Positions 17,697-26,198 of a stretch of 64,000 nucleotides of DNA are shown piece by piece. The stretch is from an uncultured Bacilli bacterium (GTDB lineage: Bacteria; Bacillota_I; Bacilli_A; RF39; UBA660), in contig CAKOTA010000005.1 of assembly GCA_934119965.1 (NCBI GenBank), positions 12,939 through 76,938 of the forward strand. The letters are read 5' to 3'. The first letter of the stretch is position 1; every line of letters starts with the position of its first letter. The notes under the pieces are model-generated. The model saw only the letters and a list, made by a program, of their open reading frames with translations, was not told the DNA's origin and did no database searches. The position numbers and the translations under genes are program-made.

Positions 17697-20046
17697 TAAT
17701 AGAATCTATTCCACCTTCTATGTTATCAGCAACAATTTTTAAAATATCATAATCCTTATCACAATATTCCAGTGCTCCATTTTGAATATATATTTTATCA
17801 TTTTCATCTTTTCCTATAAAAATAACATTATCAACATCTAAATTAACAATAAATTGGGGATTATGTGTAATTATAATGACCTGTCTATTTTTACTCATAT
17901 CATAAAAATCTCCAAGTATATTTTTCTTTATAGATGGTTGTGATACATCATCTTCAGGTTGATCAATTATATATATTCTATTATCATCAGTTTGATTAGA
18001 TATTAAATCAAAATAAATTTTAGAATTAAAACCTGATGATAATTCCTTTGTTACATCTTTATCACTAGCATCATTTATTGCTTTATCAATTAAAAAATAA
18101 TTATCTATTTCTTTATCTAATTCATTTTTTAGATTTATTAATTTATCATTATAAGAAATGTCTTTATTCCTATTACTAAATCTATCTGGGATAGTACTTG
18201 AATCAATTGAATTTATATCTTTTACACTTTTTCCTAAAACATTATTAATTAAAGTTAGTAAATTGGCGTTTGATACCTCTTTAGTTTTAGTCTTTGCAAC
18301 AAATCTGTATTTTCCAACCTTATTAGATGTTGTCGGTACTTTTTCCTCTTTTATATTAGGTTCATATTTAACTTTATTCCTGTTCTTATAATAGTAATTT
18401 ACAATATTTTCTGAAAAAGAATCCTTATTACTTTCATAATTTGCTATTTTTTCTGTTTCATCTGTTTTAGTCTTCTTTAGTACTTTATCTTTACTTGTGA
18501 ATTCATCATTAATAATATTTATTTTAGAAATTTCAAATAAATTTTGTTTAATTTTATTATTATATTTTGAAATTAATTTAATATTAGAATTTATACTATC
18601 ATTAATATATTTTTCATCTTCTTTATCAAAAAAATCATTTTCCTGTATTTTATCCAATAAAGAATTAATTGATTCAAAATATTCAACTATTTTACCTATT
18701 TTTTTTATTTTTGAATTAATACTAGTAATAGTTGCTTGAGTTACATTTTTAAAATTTAAAGATTTTGAAGTAGCCTCAATAACACATATATCAAAATTTG
18801 TTATTTTATTAAATGCATTACTTTTTTCTTCTTTATTTTTTAATATTGAAATATAATTTTCAATTTCAGATTTATAAATTTCAATATACTTGCTTACTAG
18901 TGGTTCTGCAGGGAAAAATCCATTTAAGAATTCATCACTGTCAAAAGTTTTATTTTCAAACATTTTTCTAATAGAACCTTGCCCATTGAATTTAGAAATA
19001 TTTGATTCAGGTATGGATGAGTTAATTTTAATTTTATTGTTTATTAAATATTCATCATAACTATCTTTAATTTTTTGGTCATTAAGGTAATTATAATTAG
19101 TTAACTTGTGAATAAGTAAAGATTTACCTATCGAATTATCTCCAATTATAACATTAATACCTTTAGAAAGCTTTATATCATATTTATTGTTGTCTATTTC
19201 AATATTAATACTATCTAAATATTTATCAGTAGTAGAATAAAAATTATTAACATAATTAATTCTTTTTGTATTTGTTACTGCCATTGCCAAACCTCTAAAT
19301 GTTGGTAAACATTTTAAATAAGTAAATGAAAAGTCATCATTTTCTTCTGGATATTTAGACCAATCATGACAATCAGAACCTGTTACGAATCTTAAAGTAA
19401 CATCTTTATACTTTTCTTTATTCTTTTCAATATAATTTTTATTAAATATTTCATTTCTTTTTCTCTTGAATTCAAACGATTCAAAATAATCCATGAAAAC
19501 TAATTCATCAAATTTTTCTTTTCCTAAACTCATTACATCGTGACTTCTTGTCTCTTTACTTGATAAGGTCTCTTTTTGATGTGCTATCATTACAACATTT
19601 AAATCTATATTTTTTAAAATATTAAGATATTTATTTTCAGAAAATGAATTTAATTCAATATCGTCATAAAATGGTTTATTGTTTTTTATATCAAATATTT
19701 CATTTTGTATTTTTTTTATTTTTTCTTCATCTTTATCATCAAAAATTGTAATTACATGTAAAACTTTTTTATCATATGTTACTGAAAATTCAACTGCAGG
19801 AAACACTTTTTTAATACTACCTTTGTTTTCTTCTTGCTTTAACTTATTATATATATTGAAATCAAAGTTATCGTGGTCTGAAATAGAACACATATTTATT
19901 TCTCTTTGATTTAGTTTTTCTATTAATAAATCTATATTATCTAAAGTAGATAAATCTACACAATCATCACTTTCTTTGTGTTTAGATGCAATAGAATGAA
20001 TATGAAAATCAACTTTATTCCCTGTTTCAATAATTTTTTCTATCAT
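17653..20046 (-). CDS. PHP-domain phosphoesterase fused to ABC/SMC-like (AAA_21/OLD-type) ATPase
   Basis: N-terminal PHP motifs are present (VDFHIHS, SISDHDNFD, AVEFSV, LHVITIF). The central Walker A is GDNSIGKSLL. The C-terminal Walker B/D-loop is IYIIDQPEDD and the H-loop is IIITHNPQF. Confidence 0.65.
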   Translation of the reverse strand: MIEKIIETGNKVDFHIHSIASKHKESDDCVDLSTLDNIDLLIEKLNQREINMCSISDHDNFDFNIYNKLKQEENKGSIKKVFPAVEFSVTYDKKVLHVITIFDDKDEEKIKKIQNEIFDIKNNKPFYDDIELNSFSENKYLNILKNIDLNVVMIAHQKETLSSKETRSHDVMSLGKEKFDELVFMDYFESFEFKRKRNEIFNKNYIEKNKEKYKDVTLRFVTGSDCHDWSKYPEENDDFSFTYLKCLPTFRGLAMAVTNTKRINYVNNFYSTTDKYLDSINIEIDNNKYDIKLSKGINVIIGDNSIGKSLLIHKLTNYNYLNDQKIKDSYDEYLINNKIKINSSIPESNISKFNGQGSIRKMFENKTFDSDEFLNGFFPAEPLVSKYIEIYKSEIENYISILKNKEEKSNAFNKITNFDICVIEATSKSLNFKNVTQATITSINSKIKKIGKIVEYFESINSLLDKIQENDFFDKEDEKYINDSINSNIKLISKYNNKIKQNLFEISKINIINDEFTSKDKVLKKTKTDETEKIANYESNKDSFSENIVNYYYKNRNKVKYEPNIKEEKVPTTSNKVGKYRFVAKTKTKEVSNANLLTLINNVLGKSVKDINSIDSSTIPDRFSNRNKDISYNDKLINLKNELDKEIDNYFLIDKAINDASDKDVTKELSSGFNSKIYFDLISNQTDDNRIYIIDQPEDDVSQPSIKKNILGDFYDMSKNRQVIIITHNPQFIVNLDVDNVIFIGKDENDKIYIQNGALEYCDKDYDILKIVADNIEGGIDSINERWKRYDKNIYDV

Positions 20047-20065
20047 TAATTACCACCTCACTACT

Positions 20066-20114
20066 AAAAAGCGCCAATACAAAAACTTATAAAATATAAG
20101 CCTGTACTAGCGCT
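20066..20114 (-). promoter_or_regulatory. Conserved 5' leader hairpin + U-tract, copy B (upstream of PHP-ATPase gene)
   Basis: On the minus strand the sequence reads AGCGCUAGUACAGG-CUUAUA-UUU-UAUAAG-UUUUUGUAUUGGCGCU-U5, followed by RBS GAGGTGG and the ATG at 20046. The outer stem is identical to copy A and the apical stem differs with compensatory changes. Confidence 0.45.
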
Positions 20115-20228
20115 TCCTTTTTATATATATTATTATAGCATAAATTCTGTTAATTTTATTATAAAATGACACTATGACGCATTGTTTGCGAGTACCCCAC
20201 TCATATTTTTGGTGTCATTGTGTCACTC

Positions 20229-20930
20229 TTAGCAGTTTTGATATTTAAATATTATTATTTTATGGTTTATTCTATTCTTTTTTATCTTATTTGCTATTTC
20301 TGGACCATATATTACTTCAAAACTTTTCTTAGCTTCATTATAAGAATTAAAATTAAAATATGTATCTATTTGTTTATCAACAGTAAAGCCATTGGATAAA
20401 ATCCAATTATTATAATCTCTAGTTCTACTATCTTTATTTCTATTTCTTATTTCTTCAAACTCACTATTTTCATCATTTTCAATTAATATGATTGTTCCAT
20501 TAGATTTTAATAATCGTTTTAACTCACTTAAACATTTATTTCTTTCAGTTATATCTATAATTGTACCTAATACCCACGAACAAACTATTAAATCTACTTT
20601 ATCACTTTCTAAATTGATTTTAGATAAATTAGAACATATAAATTCTGAAGTATCTTTTTTTGATTTTACTTTTGCTTTTTCTAGTTGTTTATCTGATAAA
20701 TCTATTCCAATATATTTTTTTGAATATTCCTCTAATATATTTAAAAACTTACCAGTTCCACATCCAGCATCTAAAACAATTTTATCTTTACATATATGTT
20801 CTAAATAAGAACCAACTTTATTTTCTCCATCTTCAGCAATACTAAAGATTTCATAATAATCATTATTTTCATAATATGCTTTAGAATCTTTTAAGAGATT
20901 TTTGGTATCCATTTTCTTCACCCTTTTCAT
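20229..20930 (-). CDS. Class I SAM-dependent methyltransferase
   Basis: Motif I reads VLDAGCGTGKF. The 233-aa gene is the last in the overlapping operon. Confidence 0.75.
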   Translation of the reverse strand: MKRVKKMDTKNLLKDSKAYYENNDYYEIFSIAEDGENKVGSYLEHICKDKIVLDAGCGTGKFLNILEEYSKKYIGIDLSDKQLEKAKVKSKKDTSEFICSNLSKINLESDKVDLIVCSWVLGTIIDITERNKCLSELKRLLKSNGTIILIENDENSEFEEIRNRNKDSRTRDYNNWILSNGFTVDKQIDTYFNFNSYNEAKKSFEVIYGPEIANKIKKNRINHKIIIFKYQNC

Positions 20931-21963
20931 ACATTTTAGTTTCAGGAAAAATCATATCAACCATATATTTAGCAATATTTTGTGATTTACCTATTGCAGG
21001 TCTGAAATGCATATGCACTCCAGGTACTGTGTTGATTTCAATTATTCTATAACTATCATCATTTTGTAATTTTTCTATTGAATTGGTCATATAATCAATT
21101 CCTACATATGGAAGTCCAGGAAATGCATCTAAAACTCTCATACCAATATCAATAACACTAGGATGTGCTCTATCAGTATAATCTTCACATATTCCTCCCA
21201 TAGCAACATTAGAATTTGGTCTTAAATATACTTTTTCTCCTAAAGTTGGAATAGTATCCATACTTATACCATTTGCTTTAATATATTTATACATTTCTTC
21301 ATCTACAAGTATTTCACATAAAGCATTTGTTCTTGGATTCATTCTACGATAATTTTCTATTGAAATTAATTCTTTTATAGAATGTTCCCCATCTCCATAT
21401 ACATGAGCAGGATCTCTATGAAGTACTGCATAATCTCCATTCTTTGTAACAAACACTCTATATTCTTTTGCATTAAAATATTCTTCTATTAGCACTTTAG
21501 TTTGTAATCCCCTATTTTGAGTTATCTTATCTATTGCTTTTAACAAATCGTTTTCAGAAGTTATATTTGTATAAACATCATAACCATGAGAACCAAAAAC
21601 AGGTTTTAAAACAACAGGGCAATCAAATACATTAAATGCTTTTAAAATATAGTCAGAGTCAGTTATATTGAATACTTCTCCCATAGGAACACTAATACCA
21701 TTATTTTGTAAAATATGTTTTGTTATTCCTTTATCTCCAGCAAGTATTGAAACATTATATGGCATTATTGATGAATCTCTATCATAGATTAATTCCTCAT
21801 GACCATTATAAGATGCTTTTATTAATTCTAAACTCTCATCTAATACTTCAACACTTATACCTCTTTTTAACATTTCATATATCAATATTTTTTGATTAGA
21901 ATGTAAATTTTTATAAATGTTTTCCATTTTACCATCTACTTTCGCCTGAATCGTGGCTTTCAC
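20881..21963 (-). CDS. ATP-grasp family ligase
   Basis: The 360-aa protein has an ATP-grasp fold pattern (VVLKPVFGSHGYDV..., EYRVFV, IEINTVPG). It overlaps the methyltransferase gene by 50 nt and the ESR-repeat gene by 35 nt. Confidence 0.7.
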   Translation of the reverse strand: MKATIQAKVDGKMENIYKNLHSNQKILIYEMLKRGISVEVLDESLELIKASYNGHEELIYDRDSSIMPYNVSILAGDKGITKHILQNNGISVPMGEVFNITDSDYILKAFNVFDCPVVLKPVFGSHGYDVYTNITSENDLLKAIDKITQNRGLQTKVLIEEYFNAKEYRVFVTKNGDYAVLHRDPAHVYGDGEHSIKELISIENYRRMNPRTNALCEILVDEEMYKYIKANGISMDTIPTLGEKVYLRPNSNVAMGGICEDYTDRAHPSVIDIGMRVLDAFPGLPYVGIDYMTNSIEKLQNDDSYRIIEINTVPGVHMHFRPAIGKSQNIAKYMVDMIFPETKMYEKGEENGYQKSLKRF

Positions 21964-22456
21964 TTGAACTACTATACGAAGTATAACTAGAACGAGTAGA
22001 ATCTTTTTTAGGTTTTGCAGGTTTTCTAACTAGTTTTTTTACACTACCTATAAGATCATCTAATTCATCATTAGATTGTTCTAACATTCTTAATTGTTTT
22101 TCTTCTTCTGATTCTCTTTTTGCTTCATCTCTTAATCTTTTTAATTCTTCAATTTTTTGTCTTCTTTGTTCTAAAGCTTGATTAATTCTAGGATTATTAG
22201 ATGTAATAGTAGGCATTTCTCTTTCTAACTTTTCTATTAAAGAATCAATATCATCCAAATTATTATATCTAGAATTATTTACTTGACCTCTAATATCACA
22301 TCTGCTTTCACTATCATTTCTACTTTCATTAGAAAAATTATTACTTGAATAACTACATCTACTTTCTCCAGTATCTCTACTTTCACTTGGTCTAGATACA
22401 TATGATGGAGTATATCTACTTCCTCTACTTTCACTATTATTTCTACTTTCTGACAT
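21929..22456 (-). CDS. ESR-repeat protein (Ser/Arg-rich termini, central coiled coil), candidate modification substrate
   Basis: The 175-aa protein carries seven ESR tripeptides (SESR/GESR/NESR) clustered at both termini and ends in ...SESHDSGESRW. The central segment is a charged helix. It lies 1 nt after the DUF3419 gene and overlaps the ATP-grasp gene. Confidence 0.5.
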   Translation of the reverse strand: MSESRNNSESRGSRYTPSYVSRPSESRDTGESRCSYSSNNFSNESRNDSESRCDIRGQVNNSRYNNLDDIDSLIEKLEREMPTITSNNPRINQALEQRRQKIEELKRLRDEAKRESEEEKQLRMLEQSNDELDDLIGSVKKLVRKPAKPKKDSTRSSYTSYSSSSESHDSGESRW

Positions 22457-22457
22457 T

Positions 22458-23306
22458 TTATTTTCCTCCTCTTTTTAAAATTAAAACACCATCTTTTTTA
22501 TCCTGCGAACTTCCTTCTAAAGCACTCTTAAATTCTACTTGTTGGAAGTTAAAAAATATCTCTTTTACTTTTCTTAAATCATCTATTTCTGTTCTAGGAT
22601 TAGAATTTCCTATATCGTATAAATAAGCAAAATATATTATATCTATTTTTTTTTGAAATTCAATTAATAAATCTCTATATTTTTTTAATATATCACAACT
22701 ATACATTAAACTTAAATAATCAGATATATTCGATAAAAACATATAATCGAAATGTTCATCTACTTTTAAATCTTTTAAACTTGTATTTATATAAGTAATA
22801 TTTGCATCCTTTATTTGTTGTTTTAATAAATTATACTTACTTTTTTCTAAATATAAATTTTGCCACAATTTGCTATTAGGATTAAAATATTTTGTATTAA
22901 ATAAAGAAGAGTTTCTTAATTCAATACCATTATTATCAAATTTAGATAATTGCTCTAACCAAAACATTTTACTTTCATCAGACATATCTAAACTTGAGAT
23001 AATACTATAATCTAAATTCATATTACTTTCAAACAAAAGTAAATTTATAAAATCTTCATAAGATAAATTTTTTAGAGCACTAATTTTTAGATCCATATAT
23101 GGTTTTGTTAATGGATTAATATCAAACGTTGTTATCTCAGCTGCTCCCTGTAATATTACATTTAATATATGGTCCGTTGAACCTGTTACTGTAATAACTT
23201 TTTTACCAGTTAAATTCAAATATTTCATATATCCAGCAATATTTTCAGAAGTAAAAGGATATATACTATTAAATCTTCCCATAACATTTTCCTTTACTTT
23301 TTGCAT
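22458..23306 (-). CDS. DUF3419 family protein (BtaA-like SAM-dependent 3-amino-3-carboxypropyl transferase fold)
   Basis: The 282-aa protein has the pattern VITVTGSTDHILNVILQGAAEITTFDINPLTKPYMDLKISALKNLSYEDF, which resembles the DUF3419 ITSAGxNxLDYL...AVDLNPxQ..LLELK signature. Confidence 0.5.
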   Translation of the reverse strand: MQKVKENVMGRFNSIYPFTSENIAGYMKYLNLTGKKVITVTGSTDHILNVILQGAAEITTFDINPLTKPYMDLKISALKNLSYEDFINLLLFESNMNLDYSIISSLDMSDESKMFWLEQLSKFDNNGIELRNSSLFNTKYFNPNSKLWQNLYLEKSKYNLLKQQIKDANITYINTSLKDLKVDEHFDYMFLSNISDYLSLMYSCDILKKYRDLLIEFQKKIDIIYFAYLYDIGNSNPRTEIDDLRKVKEIFFNFQQVEFKSALEGSSQDKKDGVLILKRGGK

Positions 23307-24738
23307 CTAAAAATCTTACTAAAACTTTATCTCTTTTAATTTCTTCTAAAGAATTATCTCTTAATGATTTAGTTGTGATACAAGTCTTATCACTTTCTAA
23401 TACCCAAGGGCATGGACTTACATTACCAAAATTATTTATATATATAAATTTATCTCCTGCAGGACATCTATGAACAAAATTAGGTTGTTTACCAAAATTG
23501 TAATTAACTATTATTTGTCCATTATATTTTTCTCTTAATTCATCAATTTGAGAAATTAATACTTCGTTTGGTACTGTCTTAACTAATGTTCTATCTTGTC
23601 CAGAAACTGGTTCCATTATTGAAAAGATTATTTCATCAGCTTGTAAACCTACTGAATCCAAAATCAAACTTTCTAAATCGTATTGATTATTTGAATGTAT
23701 AACAGAACCTATTCTTACTTTATTAACTGATTTTCTTAATGCTTCTAAACCTCTTATAGTTCTTTCATAAGTATTATTTCCTCTTACTGATTCATGTTCC
23801 AATTTATCTCCATCTAAACTAACATGTATCATTTTTAACTTTAATTGATTTAATAACTCTACTTTTTCAGGAGTTATTAAAGATGCATTAGTAGATATAT
23901 CAGTAATCAATCTTTCACTTGCATATTTTAAGATTTCTAAAATATCTTTTCTAATAAGTGGTTCTCCACCAGTTATCTTTAAATGTTTGAAATTATGTAA
24001 AACTAATTCATCTATAATATGATAACATTCTTCAGTAGTTAATTCCCCATCAATTTTTTTATTATTACAAGAAAATATACAATAAGAACAATTATAATTA
24101 CATTGATGTGTAATTTCCCAAATTGCCTTACCTTCATTATTTGGTAAAGTAAATTTACATTCCATACTATTTAAAAATTCATTAATTTTGTTTATATCAT
24201 AACCATTATCAGTATTAATTATTAAAAAGTTGTCTGAAAGATATTCTTCTAAATTATCTATTCTTTGTAGTTCAAATCTTTTTAATATATCCTCTTTGGA
24301 TAAATCACTTTCAATTAATCTCTCTAATCTTGTTTTATCAGAAGCAGTAACATAAATTATTTTATCAAACTTATCTCTTAGGTCATCATTAAGTATTAAT
24401 GCCCAATCAACAATTATTGTTTTATTATCAAAACAATCTAAATAATTAAATAAATATTTATACAATACCCCTTTATATTTTTCCATATATTCTTCATTAC
24501 TATAAATATATTTATTTAAAATTAAAGAATTTATTTCATCATATTCTTTTAATTCAGGAATTACATTTTTTAACTCTAAAATATATGAAGCATTTTTATA
24601 TAAACTTCTTCTAAAAATATCTACATCTACATAAATGTAATCAGGACTATATTTTAAAATATCCTCTGATATAGTTGTTTTTCCTGATGACATTCCACCT
24701 GTTATTCCTATTAATCTATTCATACCAACACATCCCAT
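23269..24738 (-). CDS. P-loop nucleoside/nucleotide kinase-like domain fused to radical SAM enzyme with SPASM/twitch-like C-terminus
   Basis: The N-terminal P-loop is GITGGMSSGKTT. The radical SAM cluster motif is CNYNCSYC and the GGEPL motif follows. Additional C-terminal Cys residues (HRCPAGD...SPCPW...CI) are present. Confidence 0.7.
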   Translation of the reverse strand: MGCVGMNRLIGITGGMSSGKTTISEDILKYSPDYIYVDVDIFRRSLYKNASYILELKNVIPELKEYDEINSLILNKYIYSNEEYMEKYKGVLYKYLFNYLDCFDNKTIIVDWALILNDDLRDKFDKIIYVTASDKTRLERLIESDLSKEDILKRFELQRIDNLEEYLSDNFLIINTDNGYDINKINEFLNSMECKFTLPNNEGKAIWEITHQCNYNCSYCIFSCNNKKIDGELTTEECYHIIDELVLHNFKHLKITGGEPLIRKDILEILKYASERLITDISTNASLITPEKVELLNQLKLKMIHVSLDGDKLEHESVRGNNTYERTIRGLEALRKSVNKVRIGSVIHSNNQYDLESLILDSVGLQADEIIFSIMEPVSGQDRTLVKTVPNEVLISQIDELREKYNGQIIVNYNFGKQPNFVHRCPAGDKFIYINNFGNVSPCPWVLESDKTCITTKSLRDNSLEEIKRDKVLVRFLDAKSKGKCYGKI

Positions 24739-26059
24739 ACTTTATTGGAGTAAATGCTGCTATTTTAGTATTCTTATCAGCATTCTCATATATATTCCAA
24801 TCTATATCATTTGAAACCATATTATAATTTTCTTTTTCTAATTCTTTTATAAGTTTATTTATTTCATTAGTTAAATCATTATTTTCTATATTAGGTTTAT
24901 TACTATGAATATATTGTGTTTTATTTACTACTTCTTTATTCTCGTTATATATTGGTGTACCAACACGATATGCTAAATAATGAAGTCTTAATTCGTGAGG
25001 CATTATTGATAAAATTAATTCTTTTGTTTTTATAATATCTTCTTTAGTTGATGATGGATAATCCAAAATAAAACTTGTTCTTATTCTATAACCAATTTTC
25101 TTTGTTTCTTCTATTACTTGTTTTATATAATTAATATCCATATCTTTATTCATTAATTTTAATAATCTTTCACTACCTGTTTCAATACCATAATGAACCC
25201 ATCTAAATCCAACTTTATACATATATTCTAAAAGTTCTTTATCATAACATTTAATACTACATAATGCCCCAAATAAACATTTGATATTTCTTTTTTCAAT
25301 TTCTTTACAAATTTCTATCATTCGTTCTTTATTGACAGTTGCATTATCATCTAAAAAGATTATTTTCTTTGTATTATATTTTTCTATTAACATTTCTATT
25401 TCATTTACAACATCTGTAACATTTCTTCCATTCCACTTACCAAAATAATATGGTGTAGTACAAAATTTACAAGTTCCAACACAACCTCTTGAAGTAATAA
25501 TAGTTCTTGTATCCATATATTTAGTAATATCTAATAAATCTCTATTAGGAATTGGTAACTTATTAAAATCATTTGTTAATATTTTCTTTTCAGTAAAGTA
25601 TATATCTTCTTTATTTTTTATAACTAAATTAGGAATACTTTTTAATTTATCTATATTATTAATATTTTCTATTACATCAGTAATAATTTCGTCTGCTATT
25701 CCTCTAATAACAACATCTATACCATTATCTAAAAATTTTTGATAAAAGTGAGTAGATGTTTTTCCTATCATTATGAATTTAGTAGGTTTATTTGTATTAT
25801 GAATTGTTTCAAATATATTTTGTATTGTTTCAGTAGTATGTAATGGTAATTGATAATCATAGACAAAAACAACTATATTTTCATCAGATAAATATTCATT
25901 AATATTATTATTCATTCTATTAACATCCATATCAATTACTTTTACTCTATCAAATTTTTTATTTATAATTGTTGCTATTTGTAATACATCTAATGGTTCA
26001 GCTAAAATAGACCTATTTGTAAATGGTTTATTTGCTGGATTAACTACTAAAACATTCAT
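24716..26059 (-). CDS. B12-binding domain radical SAM enzyme (class B rSAM)
   Basis: An N-terminal cobalamin-binding Rossmann-like region is followed by the radical SAM motif CVGTCKFC. The 447-aa gene is first in the operon and has an extended -10 TGCTATAAT upstream at ~26085-26110. Confidence 0.75.
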   Translation of the reverse strand: MNVLVVNPANKPFTNRSILAEPLDVLQIATIINKKFDRVKVIDMDVNRMNNNINEYLSDENIVVFVYDYQLPLHTTETIQNIFETIHNTNKPTKFIMIGKTSTHFYQKFLDNGIDVVIRGIADEIITDVIENINNIDKLKSIPNLVIKNKEDIYFTEKKILTNDFNKLPIPNRDLLDITKYMDTRTIITSRGCVGTCKFCTTPYYFGKWNGRNVTDVVNEIEMLIEKYNTKKIIFLDDNATVNKERMIEICKEIEKRNIKCLFGALCSIKCYDKELLEYMYKVGFRWVHYGIETGSERLLKLMNKDMDINYIKQVIEETKKIGYRIRTSFILDYPSSTKEDIIKTKELILSIMPHELRLHYLAYRVGTPIYNENKEVVNKTQYIHSNKPNIENNDLTNEINKLIKELEKENYNMVSNDIDWNIYENADKNTKIAAFTPIKYGMCWYE

Positions 26060-26198
26060 AATAAATCCCCCCTTAAAAGTTGGTTTCTATTATAGCACAA
26101 AATTCATTAAATAGCTATTCTTTTCTTGTTTTTATAAAAAAATACTATGATATAACTTATTTACCATTATTAGCAATAACATATCATAGTATTAATTT

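Noticed and set aside
17368-17742. Plus-strand 124-aa ORF and the minus 103-aa ORF occupy the same DNA.
   Set aside because: I kept the minus-strand ORF because it is coupled (overlapping) to the PHP-ATPase gene on the same strand and has a terminator downstream. The plus ORF is Ser/Ile/Phe-rich antisense noise.
16730-20114. Considered calling the ~50-bp repeats attL/attR of an integrated mobile element carrying the PHP-ATPase.
   Set aside because: No integrase, recombinase or transposase gene lies between them. Both copies sit in an identical position relative to an SD and start codon and fold into the same hairpin with compensatory apical changes. I therefore favour a regulatory-leader interpretation, and kept the insertion alternative as a caveat in the finding.
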